Positions 7,671 to 16,092 of a stretch of 20,000 nucleotides of DNA are shown in pieces. The notes beneath the pieces were generated by a model. The model made no database searches. It had not been told where the DNA came from and was given only the letters and a program-made list of their open reading frames with translations. Positions within the stretch are counted from its first letter, which is position 1; the number at the start of each line of letters is the position of its first letter. The position numbers were made by a program, and so were the translations under genes. This stretch comes from an uncultured bacterium (GTDB lineage Bacteria > B130-G9), in assembly GCA_965372715.1 (NCBI GenBank), contig CBDVDH010000011.1, positions 54,708-74,707 of the forward strand, written 5' to 3'.

Positions 7671-9156
7671 CGAGTCGCCCACGCGCTACAAGCTCTTGGT
7701 CGTTGATGATGAGCCTCATGTCCTTGAGACAATAATCGACGTTCTGGAGGATAGGGACCGGGACGGACAACTGGAGTTCTTCTCGGCCACAAGCGGTGAG
7801 GAAGCTCTCGAGATGCTCGAGGACCGTCAGGGCGAGATCGACCTCGTGCTTACTGACCAGCGAATGCCTGGCATGTCAGGCGCGGAGCTTCTGGAGATAA
7901 TCCACGAACGCTACCCGCTGATTGGTTCAATAGTCATCTCCGGTTTTGCTGAGTTTGACGACATGCGCAGCGCTTTCAGGTCTGGGATATTCGACTACAT
8001 CAAAAAACCCTATGACGAGGACCACCTGTGTGGGGTGGTCAAATCCTCGCTGGAGAAGACAGAGTTGAGGCGCCGTAATGCCCACCTGGTCGAGGAGTTG
8101 AAAGAGGCCAACCGATTACTCGAGCAACGTGTCAACGAACGCACTATGGACCTCAAAAATAGCCTCGAATGGCTGAAAAGCATGCAGCAGCAGCTGATCC
8201 AGTCGGAGAAGATGTCCTCGCTCGGGCAGCTGGTCGCTGGCATCGCACACGAAATCAACAACCCGGCGACGTCTGTCTATGCGGGAGCCGAGGCGCTGGA
8301 GAGTAACGTTGAGGAGCTGCTGATCTTTGTTGAGCGATACAAGGATTTGCTGAAGGCAACGCAAGACGGTGACACGGCTACGACCAAGGAGCTCACAGAG
8401 GAGCTTTCGGACGCGGAGGAAGACGTCGATTATCTTCTGGAGGAGGGCCTCCCGTGGAGCATCAGGTCGATGAAGGAGGGCGCGGTTCGGATAAAGGACA
8501 TTGTCCGCAATCTCAAGACGTTCTCGAGAGTCGATGAGGCTGAGGTGAAACACTCCGACGTCAACGAGGGCATCAGAACGACCGAGAAGCTCGTGCATCA
8601 TGAATTCAAGAACAGGATTGCCGTCAACGAGGAGTTCGGAGACATTCCGCAGCTTGAATGCTACCCTGGTCAGCTCAATCAGGTCTTCATGAACTTGCTG
8701 GTCAACGCGGCTCAGGCGATTGAAGGTGAGGGCACAATATGGATAAAGACCATTGCGGAGAACAACAGCATTGTCGTGAAGATAAAGGATACGGGAAGCG
8801 GGATACCGGAGAACTCGCTCAAGGACATTTTCAACCCGTTTTTTACGAGTAAGCCTGCCGGTCAGGGTACGGGGCTTGGCCTCTCGATAAGTTACAGTAT
8901 TGTCAAGAAGCATGGCGGGGACATTAGGGTCGAAAGCGAGCCGGGCGCCGGCACGGAGTTCACGATCATCCTGCCATTCGATGGCATTCAGAAGGCCAAG
9001 GAGATGGCGAAGGAGGATAGGGATTCCGCTCGCAGTCAGTATGAGTTCATGGATGTATCGCGCATCGAGGAACTTGAAAGGGAGCTCGCCCAGATAGATG
9101 CAGGCCCGGGCACAGCCGACGAGCGGCCCGGAGAACCGAGCGACGATAGCGATTAA
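7660..9156 (+). CDS. Hybrid response regulator-histidine kinase (REC-coiled coil-HisKA-HATPase_c)
   Basis: LLVVDDE, LTDQRMPGMSG, YIKKPY; QSEKMSSLGQLVAGIAHEINNP; NQVFMNLLVNAAQAI; DTGSGIP; FFTSK; GTGLGLSI. ATG 7660 (GAAAGG upstream, overlapping the previous stop) is preferred over the track start at 7498. Confidence 0.92.
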   Translation: MESSESPTRYKLLVVDDEPHVLETIIDVLEDRDRDGQLEFFSATSGEEALEMLEDRQGEIDLVLTDQRMPGMSGAELLEIIHERYPLIGSIVISGFAEFDDMRSAFRSGIFDYIKKPYDEDHLCGVVKSSLEKTELRRRNAHLVEELKEANRLLEQRVNERTMDLKNSLEWLKSMQQQLIQSEKMSSLGQLVAGIAHEINNPATSVYAGAEALESNVEELLIFVERYKDLLKATQDGDTATTKELTEELSDAEEDVDYLLEEGLPWSIRSMKEGAVRIKDIVRNLKTFSRVDEAEVKHSDVNEGIRTTEKLVHHEFKNRIAVNEEFGDIPQLECYPGQLNQVFMNLLVNAAQAIEGEGTIWIKTIAENNSIVVKIKDTGSGIPENSLKDIFNPFFTSKPAGQGTGLGLSISYSIVKKHGGDIRVESEPGAGTEFTIILPFDGIQKAKEMAKEDRDSARSQYEFMDVSRIEELERELAQIDAGPGTADERPGEPSDDSD

Positions 9157-9168
9157 ACCGTTCGCATG

Positions 9169-9522
9169 TAGGCCGACCTGGCGGTCAAAGAGCTGCCTCG
9201 CCGCGTAATAGATGCCAAAGACGATCGCCGGCACGAATAGCAGGTTAGCTGCGATTGCGACGTCAACGCTTCTGCCGAAAAGAAGCATCAAGATGCCGGC
9301 CGCTACGTGCCACAGAGGCGGGTAGAACGTGCCTTCCCCCTGAAGCGTCAGAAGCCGTCCAGTATCCAGCCGTGAAATCGCCTCACTTGCCTCGATAGCA
9401 TCCAGGACGTGAAACGCTGGGTCCCACACTGGGGGCGTGTCGTCCAAAGCCAGCCAGACGATGTTTCCGACCGCCCAGAAGACAATCAGTAAGCCGCATA
9501 GAAGGTGATCTTCCCGCGCCAT
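9169..9522 (-). pseudogene. 3'-truncated ArnT/PMT-like (GT-C, GT39/GT83-type) membrane glycosyltransferase fragment
   Basis: About 118 aa: TM helix, then WLALDDTPPVWDPAFH, FYPPLWH, and NLLF...IVFGIYYAARQLFDRQVGL, the typical N-terminus of these enzymes. The frame then continues only as the antisense of the kinase gene. Confidence 0.65.
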
Positions 9523-9701
9523 CGCACGATCCCCGCAAAAGGCCCTATGCTTCTGCTGTGTTTGATGAGAATGCTCTAACTGTGGCGTGATCTCAAGTAA
9601 TTATGCCGATTGTCGTTGCCAAGACGGCTATCAGGCTGTTACTCTTAGAAGGATCAATGGCGCTGCAAAATGAATCCAGAGCATCTTGAGAAGGAGCGGA
9701 C

Positions 9702-10112
9702 GTGAATTTCGAGGAAGTGAAGGCGTTTATGAAGGAAGCAGGCTGGGGCTTCTTGGCTACGACCAACGGCGAACGCGCGAGCGTCCGGCCAATGGGTGGT
9801 TGCGGCTGGTTTGGCAAGGAGTTCTGGTGCGCAACCGGTCTGAAGGATGCGAAGACGGTCGATATCGAGAAGGTCCCTTACGTGGAGTATTGCTTCGCTG
9901 ACAAAGAGGGGAAGCATATCCGACTGTCCGGCAAGTGCGAAATCAGCACCGAGAAAACGGATAAACAGGAGCTGCTCGACCTTCTTCCTGTGATGAAGCA
10001 ATACGTTGGCGACGCGGACAACCCCGACTATGTCGTGCTGCGCCTGAGGCCTGAACGTATCCGTTACATGGGCTCGGACGATATGCAATACACCGAGGTG
10101 AGCCTCGACTAA
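9702..10112 (+). CDS. Pyridoxamine 5'-phosphate oxidase-like FMN-binding split-barrel protein
   Basis: GFLATTNGERASVRPM, FWCAT...K...IEKVPYVEYCF, IRLSG, VVLRLRPERI. GTG start with SD AAGGAG. Confidence 0.8.
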   Translation: MNFEEVKAFMKEAGWGFLATTNGERASVRPMGGCGWFGKEFWCATGLKDAKTVDIEKVPYVEYCFADKEGKHIRLSGKCEISTEKTDKQELLDLLPVMKQYVGDADNPDYVVLRLRPERIRYMGSDDMQYTEVSLD

Positions 10113-10116
10113 AGAG

Positions 10117-11031
10117 ATTTCAGATATCCAACCGGCGCGTCCTCTAGTGTTTGGCGAGGTGTTGTTCGACCAGTTCGAGGACGGACGGTTGGTTCTGGGC
10201 GGAGCGCCGTTCAACGTGGCTTGGCATCTGAAAGGCCTCGGCCAGAATCCACTTTTCATCTCACGCGTCGGTCAGGACGAACTTGGCGACCGTGTGTTCT
10301 GTGCAATGAGGGACTGGGGCCTCGACATCACGGGCGTTCAGATTGACGGCACGCGGCCAACCGGGACCGTGCGGGTGCACATGGAAGGCAGGCTGCCGCG
10401 ATACGAGATACCGCCGGACCAAGCATACGACTTCATAGACGCCGACCAGGCCATTTCGGCTGCCGCGGGCGGCGAGTTCTCGCTGCTTCACCACGGGACC
10501 TTGGCCTTGAGATCGCCTGCCTCACGCGACGCGCTCATTCGGCTGGTTAAGCGGCTTGACGTCGGAATCTTCCTCGACCCCAATCTCCGTTCGCCCTGGT
10601 GGGAGATGCGGGCCGTTCGGGATGCCATGCGGAGGGCGAGCTGGGCGAAGCTCAATGGCGAGGAGCTGACCCTTCTTTGCCCAGCTGACGCTGCGCAGGG
10701 ACACGTTGAGCGGGCGGCAGACCTGCGCGCCGAATTCGACCTTGAGTTGCTCGTCGTTACGCTCGGCGCGGACGGCGCGTTCATCGTAACTCAATCGGAA
10801 GTCATCGAAGGAGCCCCGGTTACGCCCGTCAGGTTAGTGGACTCGGTCGGCGCCGGCGACGCGTTCGACGCCGTTTTCATATTGGGCCTCATGCACGGAT
10901 GGGGACTACCATCCATCTTGTACTGCGCCACTCAATTTGCGGCGGCGGTCTGCGGCATCCGAGGCGCAACGATAATGAACCCGGCCTTCTATGAGGCTCA
11001 TCTGAAGCAGTGGAGGGGTCAACGTGTCTGA
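10117..11031 (+). CDS. PfkB-family carbohydrate kinase (fructokinase)
   Basis: RPLVFGEVLFD, LGGAPFNVAWHL, DPNLR, KLNGEEL, VTLGADGA, DSVGAGDAF. The first canonical start is GTG 10147, but homology appears to extend upstream (see findings). Overlaps the SPS start by 8 nt. Confidence 0.88.
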   Translation: MSDIQPARPLVFGEVLFDQFEDGRLVLGGAPFNVAWHLKGLGQNPLFISRVGQDELGDRVFCAMRDWGLDITGVQIDGTRPTGTVRVHMEGRLPRYEIPPDQAYDFIDADQAISAAAGGEFSLLHHGTLALRSPASRDALIRLVKRLDVGIFLDPNLRSPWWEMRAVRDAMRRASWAKLNGEELTLLCPADAAQGHVERAADLRAEFDLELLVVTLGADGAFIVTQSEVIEGAPVTPVRLVDSVGAGDAFDAVFILGLMHGWGLPSILYCATQFAAAVCGIRGATIMNPAFYEAHLKQWRGQRV

Positions 11032-13174
11032 AACTGGGGGCCTATATATCGTCCTGATAAGTGTTCATGGTCTGATCCGCGGCCATGACCTGGAGTTAGG
11101 TCGTGACGCCGACACCGGTGGTCAAATCACGTATGTGATGGAGTTGGCCCGCGCGCTTGCCGGTCATCCAGCGGTTGGGCGAGTGGACCTTCTTACGCGC
11201 CTCGTTTTGGACCCTATGACCGACGATGACTACGCGAAGTCAGTGGAGGAAATCGCGCCCGGGGCCTACATCATACGGGTTCCCTGCGGGCCGAGGCGCT
11301 ACTTGCGAAAAGAGGTTATTTGGCCATATCTTGATAGTTTCTCAGACCAAGCGCTGTTGCACATTCGCGAGGTCGGCAGGTTGCCCGATATTGTCCACAG
11401 TCATTATGCCGATGCAGGCTGGGTGGGCTCGCACTTGGCGGGCCTTCTAGGGGTGCCACTGGTGCACACAGGCCACTCGCTTGGGCGCGTCAAGTTTCGG
11501 CTGCTGATGGACACGGGCATGGGACGCCAGGCCGTTGAGAAGCGATACAACATAACTCAGCGGATCGAGGCGGAGGAGATTGCTCTTGACACCGCCGCAT
11601 TGGTTATAGCCAGCACACGTCAAGAGGTTGAGCAGCAGTATAGCCTTTATGACAATTACAGCCCCCGAAGCATGATAGTGATACCGCCAGGTGTTGATCT
11701 CAGGCGATTCCATCCCCCACACCGAGGTTGGAAGGAGCCTCCGATCAAGAGGGAGGTCCGCCGGTTTCTGAGAGACGTCCGTAAGCCAATGATACTAGCC
11801 ATCTCGCGACCTGATGCTCGCAAGAACATAGCGACACTTATACGGGCCTATGGGCAAAACGAGCGCCTGCGGGAGCTCGCGAATCTTGTTATCGTCGCCG
11901 GCACGCGGGATGACATAGAAACTGCTGAGAAAGAAGCTCGGAGTGTACTGACAGAGCTTCTTCTTCAGATTGACCGTTGGGACCTGTATGGGAGCGTAGC
12001 ATATCCGAAAACACATAAGCCAAATGATATCCCAGACCTATATAGACTTGCTGCCCAGACCAAGGGCATCTTCATCAATCCTGCGCTCACAGAGCCTTTC
12101 GGGATTACGTTGCTGGAGGCGTCGGCCAGCGGCCTTCCCATTGTGGCTACCGAGGATGGCGGGCCCCGGGATATCCTCGCGCGGTGCAGGAATGGCTTTT
12201 TAATCGACCCATTGGATGTGGAGGGAATGTCCGATGCGTTGCTTGGTGGTATCAGTGACCGCAAGAGGTGGTATAGGTGGTCCAGAAACGGTGCTAGGCG
12301 AGCGCCACGGTATTTCTCCTGGTCAAGCCACGTCAAAAGATACTTGGGGGAGCTGAAGAAGATGGTCCGAAGGTCGCGTAAACTGCATGTCATCAAAGGG
12401 TTAAAGAGCCGGCTTCCGGTTTCCGACCGTATTATCGTATGTGACGTTGATGGTACGCTGACTGGTGACGAGGAGGCCCTCGGAAAACTGTTACGCCTGT
12501 TATCAGAGACAAAGGTGAGCGTTAGCCTTGGCGTGGCAACCGGCCGGCATATCCGTAGCACGATTAAGGTGCTAAAGGAGTGGAACGTGCCCATGCCTGA
12601 TTTTCTGATCACGTCAGTTGGCACTCAGATACACTACGGGCCAAAACCGGTTGAGGACACTAGTTGGGCAAGGCAAATCGAATACCGCTGGGATCCAGAA
12701 GGAGTGCAAGACGCCATGAGTCATTTCGGGGGACTCAAACTACAGCCCAGAGATGCTCAGTCAATCCACAAGATCAGCTATTTCGCTGATCCGAAGAAGG
12801 CTCCAAGCATCCGCCAGATGCGAAGTCATCTGAGAAAGCTCTGCCTGCACTGCAATCTTGTCTATTCGCATGGTATGTTCCTCGATTTGCTGCCTATTAG
12901 AGCTTCTAAGGGCGGGGCACTGCGTTACTTCGCATACAGATGGGGCGTACCACTGGAGCGAATTCTTGTGGCCGGAGACTCTGGCAACGACATCGAAATG
13001 CTGGTCGGTGACACTCTGGGTGTGGTTGTAGGGAATTTCAGTCCTGAGTTGAAAAAGCTCCGTGGGCGGGAGAAGGTTCATTTCGCCAGTGGCCATCACG
13101 CAAACGGGATTATAGAGGGGATCGAGCATTACAGCTTTCTTACGTCGGATTTGCCTAAAGAGGACGATAGATAA
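11024..13174 (+). CDS. sps: Sucrose-phosphate synthase (GT4) fused to a HAD sucrose-phosphatase domain
   Basis: [67 protein letters not shown]-terminal HAD motifs DVDGTL, ATGR, ASKG, GDSGND. Confidence 0.92.
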   Translation: MSETGGLYIVLISVHGLIRGHDLELGRDADTGGQITYVMELARALAGHPAVGRVDLLTRLVLDPMTDDDYAKSVEEIAPGAYIIRVPCGPRRYLRKEVIWPYLDSFSDQALLHIREVGRLPDIVHSHYADAGWVGSHLAGLLGVPLVHTGHSLGRVKFRLLMDTGMGRQAVEKRYNITQRIEAEEIALDTAALVIASTRQEVEQQYSLYDNYSPRSMIVIPPGVDLRRFHPPHRGWKEPPIKREVRRFLRDVRKPMILAISRPDARKNIATLIRAYGQNERLRELANLVIVAGTRDDIETAEKEARSVLTELLLQIDRWDLYGSVAYPKTHKPNDIPDLYRLAAQTKGIFINPALTEPFGITLLEASASGLPIVATEDGGPRDILARCRNGFLIDPLDVEGMSDALLGGISDRKRWYRWSRNGARRAPRYFSWSSHVKRYLGELKKMVRRSRKLHVIKGLKSRLPVSDRIIVCDVDGTLTGDEEALGKLLRLLSETKVSVSLGVATGRHIRSTIKVLKEWNVPMPDFLITSVGTQIHYGPKPVEDTSWARQIEYRWDPEGVQDAMSHFGGLKLQPRDAQSIHKISYFADPKKAPSIRQMRSHLRKLCLHCNLVYSHGMFLDLLPIRASKGGALRYFAYRWGVPLERILVAGDSGNDIEMLVGDTLGVVVGNFSPELKKLRGREKVHFASGHHANGIIEGIEHYSFLTSDLPKEDDR

Positions 13175-15564
13175 TGCCCAATGAACTGGAGGTTTTTGTA
13201 GAAGACAACCGCGAGGATGTCCATCTGCTGTTGAAGCATTTCTTCTCCCTGGGCAAATCATTCCTACTTCATTCGGAGATATGGGACCAGTTTGAGCATT
13301 TTTGCGAGGTAACCAGCAAGAAGCATTTGCGCGAGAGCGTTCTGGGGCAGACTCTTCGGCTGACTCAGGAGGCGGTCCTCAAGGAGCCCCTTATGTATCT
13401 TGCCGAGCGCCCGAGAGTCGCACAATGGAGATACACCTTACTCGACGCGGTATCATTGACAGTAAAGCGCCTTCCTCTTGAGGCATTCTTAGAGGTCAAG
13501 GAGTGCTTGGTGAATGGTTCAGCACAGGACGATCAATGGGCGCTTGAGATCGATCTTGGGCCCTTCAATCGCGATTTCTTCAAGCTCAAGGAAGCGAGGT
13601 CCATTGGGCGCGGGGTAGAGTTTCTGAATAGGCGGCTCTCAAGCGAGCTCTTCCGCGATCTTGACAAGGGCGGCAAGCTCTTGCTGGATTTCCTTCGGGT
13701 CCATCAATGTAAGGGTGTTCAGCTGATGCTCAATGGCAGGATTGCCGACTTAGCCGAGCTGCGACACGCCCTGCGCCTTGCTGAGGAGACTCTCTCCGAG
13801 GTTCCCCATGAGAGTCCGTGGGCTCAGTTCAGCAGCGGGATGAACTCGCTTGGCTTTGAGCCTGGGTGGGGCAAAAATGCAAAGATAGTTCGAGAGACGC
13901 TGGGCCTTCTATCAGACATCCTTGAGGCGCCGGAACCCGTTCATTTAGAGCGCTTTTTGGCTAGCATTCCGATGATTTTCAACCTGGTTATCCTCTCGCC
14001 ACACGGATACTTCGCTCAGAGCAATGTTCTGGGCCGCCCTGACACGGGAGGCCAGATTGTTTACATTCTCGACCAGGTGCGTGCCCTGGAGAAGGAAATG
14101 CGGCGCCGAATCGCGCGGCAGGGGCTGAGTATTGAGCCTCAGATACTTGTCGTGACGCGGCTGATACCCGAGGCAGACGGAGCTACCTGTGATCAGCGAG
14201 ATGAGGCGATCACTGGGACGAAGAATGCGCGGATACTCAGGGTGCCTTTCCGCTATTCGGACCGCCAGGTTGTCCCACACTGGATATCTCGGTTCGAGGT
14301 TTGGCCGTTTCTTGAGCGCTTCGCTGCGGATGTTGAGAAAGAGGTTTTGGCTGAGTTGCAGGGGCGGCCCGACCTGATTATGGGTAATTATTCGGACGGT
14401 AACCTCGTTGCGTCGCTGCTGTCACAGCAGCTGGGCGTGACGCAGTGCAACATAGCGCACGCGCTTGAGAAGCCGAAACTGCTGCACGCCGACCTATACT
14501 GGAAGGACAACGACCCACAGTATCATCTTGGGTGCCTCTTCACGGCGGACCTGATCTCGATGAATACGGCAGATTTCATCATCTCGAGCACGTATCAGGA
14601 GATCGCCGGCACAGAAGACTCAGTGGGCCAGTATGAGAGCTACAGCGCATTCACGATGCCCGGCCTATACAGGGTAGTCAACGGTATCGACATATTTGAC
14701 CCCAAGTTCAATGTTGTTTCACCTGGCGTGGACGACTGCTTCTATTTCCCATATACGGAGGCCAAGCGGCGCCTCACGGGGCTGGCAGAGGAACTCGAAG
14801 CACTCGTATATGGCGTTGACCCGCGGCCCGACGCCAGAGGCGTTCTGAAGGATCGGCGAAAACCGCTCATTTTCACAATGGCCCGGCTTGACAAAGTCAA
14901 GAACATCACCGGATTGGTCAAGATGTTCGGCGAATGCCCCAAGCTCCGGGAGGAGGCCAACATGTTGCTCGTAGCGGGCTACATCAACCCGTCTGATTCT
15001 CTCGATGACGAGGAGAGCTCGCAAATAAAACTGATGCACTCGCTGATCGAGTCCTATGAGCTCGACGGGCAGGTGCGCTGGATCGGCGCTCAATTGAGGA
15101 AGGACCTGGCCGGAGAACTCTATCGCTATGTTGCGGATCGAAAGGGCATATTCGTTCAGCCCGCGCTGTTTGAGGCGTTTGGGCTGACGGTGATTGAGGC
15201 GATGGTTACCGGCTTGCCGACGTTTGCGACGTGCTATGGTGGGCCGCTGGAGATCATCGAGCCGGGAGTCTCCGGCTTCCACATAGACCCCACACATTCG
15301 GGCGAGGCGGCTCAATTCATAGCAGATTTTCTCATGAGATGCCGCAGCGATCCGAAGTTCTGGGAGAACATCTCAAAAGGCGGCATCTCCCGTGTAAGGG
15401 CTCGCTACACCTGGAAGCTGCACGCCGAGCGGCTCATGACTTTTGCTCGAGTATATGGCTTCTGGAAACACGCAACCAATCTCGAACGTGATGAGACTCG
15501 TCGTTATCTTCAGATGTTCTACGGCCTCCAGTTCCGCAAGCTCGCAGACGCTCTCCCGCATTAA
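13174..15564 (+). CDS. sus: Sucrose synthase (GT4)
   Basis: [95 protein letters not shown]. 796 aa. TAATG coupling with sps. Confidence 0.95.
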   Translation: MPNELEVFVEDNREDVHLLLKHFFSLGKSFLLHSEIWDQFEHFCEVTSKKHLRESVLGQTLRLTQEAVLKEPLMYLAERPRVAQWRYTLLDAVSLTVKRLPLEAFLEVKECLVNGSAQDDQWALEIDLGPFNRDFFKLKEARSIGRGVEFLNRRLSSELFRDLDKGGKLLLDFLRVHQCKGVQLMLNGRIADLAELRHALRLAEETLSEVPHESPWAQFSSGMNSLGFEPGWGKNAKIVRETLGLLSDILEAPEPVHLERFLASIPMIFNLVILSPHGYFAQSNVLGRPDTGGQIVYILDQVRALEKEMRRRIARQGLSIEPQILVVTRLIPEADGATCDQRDEAITGTKNARILRVPFRYSDRQVVPHWISRFEVWPFLERFAADVEKEVLAELQGRPDLIMGNYSDGNLVASLLSQQLGVTQCNIAHALEKPKLLHADLYWKDNDPQYHLGCLFTADLISMNTADFIISSTYQEIAGTEDSVGQYESYSAFTMPGLYRVVNGIDIFDPKFNVVSPGVDDCFYFPYTEAKRRLTGLAEELEALVYGVDPRPDARGVLKDRRKPLIFTMARLDKVKNITGLVKMFGECPKLREEANMLLVAGYINPSDSLDDEESSQIKLMHSLIESYELDGQVRWIGAQLRKDLAGELYRYVADRKGIFVQPALFEAFGLTVIEAMVTGLPTFATCYGGPLEIIEPGVSGFHIDPTHSGEAAQFIADFLMRCRSDPKFWENISKGGISRVRARYTWKLHAERLMTFARVYGFWKHATNLERDETRRYLQMFYGLQFRKLADALPH

Positions 15565-15599
15565 GCCGCAGTGGCCCCTCCGCATCGCCGACGGGATTT

Positions 15600-15619
15600 G
15601 CGCCAACGTTAGCTGGCGC
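15600..15619. terminator. Small hairpin between convergent genes
   Basis: GCGCCAAC-GTTA-GCTGGCGC, 7 of 8 bp pair. There is no clear U-tract, so the terminator role is uncertain. Confidence 0.25.
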
Positions 15620-15623
15620 GGCG

Positions 15624-16082
15624 CTAGTTCTTTGCGAGGATAAAAAGCACGATCTGCAAGATAATCACCAAACCAAAGCCACTTGCCAAGATTATCGTCT
15701 GCCTTTTTGATGCTCTCTTAAGTGCTTGATCCAGTCCACCAAGCCGCTCCAGAATCTCAGCATCGCCGTCCTCACTGACCGTTCTGATAGTCTGGAGACC
15801 TTCCTCCAATAATTGCTTTGTACTTCCAGCCAGCTGATCAAGTTCATTTAGTCTCTCGAGGATTTTGGCGCTGCCGATCTGATTGACGGCTTTGATGATT
15901 TGGTGGCTTTCCTCGGATAATTGTCTTGTACTTTCAGCCAGGCCAAGAAGCTCGGAGCTTGCCTTCTGTAGTTCCTCTTTTGCGGTTCGGTACGACTCAA
16001 CCTGTTTGCAGAGCTCGTCAAGGTTGTTAACCAACTCCTGCGCCTGGTCTTGGAGTTTTGTGATTTCTTGTTGTGTTGGCAT
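15624..16082 (-). CDS. Hypothetical coiled-coil protein with a single C-terminal transmembrane helix (tail-anchored)
   Basis: Helical, Q/E/L-rich body; ends KRASKRQTIILASGFGLVIILQIVLFILAKN. Starts 10 nt after the helicase stop on the same strand. Confidence 0.75.
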   Translation of the reverse strand: MPTQQEITKLQDQAQELVNNLDELCKQVESYRTAKEELQKASSELLGLAESTRQLSEESHQIIKAVNQIGSAKILERLNELDQLAGSTKQLLEEGLQTIRTVSEDGDAEILERLGGLDQALKRASKRQTIILASGFGLVIILQIVLFILAKN

Positions 16083-16092
16083 AAGAATCTCG

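Noticed and set aside
8116-9168. C-terminal ~350 aa of the 468-aa minus-strand ORF as a real protein
   Set aside because: It is the antisense shadow of the hybrid kinase and has no motifs. Only the first ~118 aa look like a protein.
15565-15622. Possible integron attC site after the small TM gene (minus strand AGCTAAC GTTGG CGCAAATC...)
   Set aside because: Only an imperfect R''-like half is visible. There is no complementary L'/R' (GTTRRRY) arm, no second site and no integrase.
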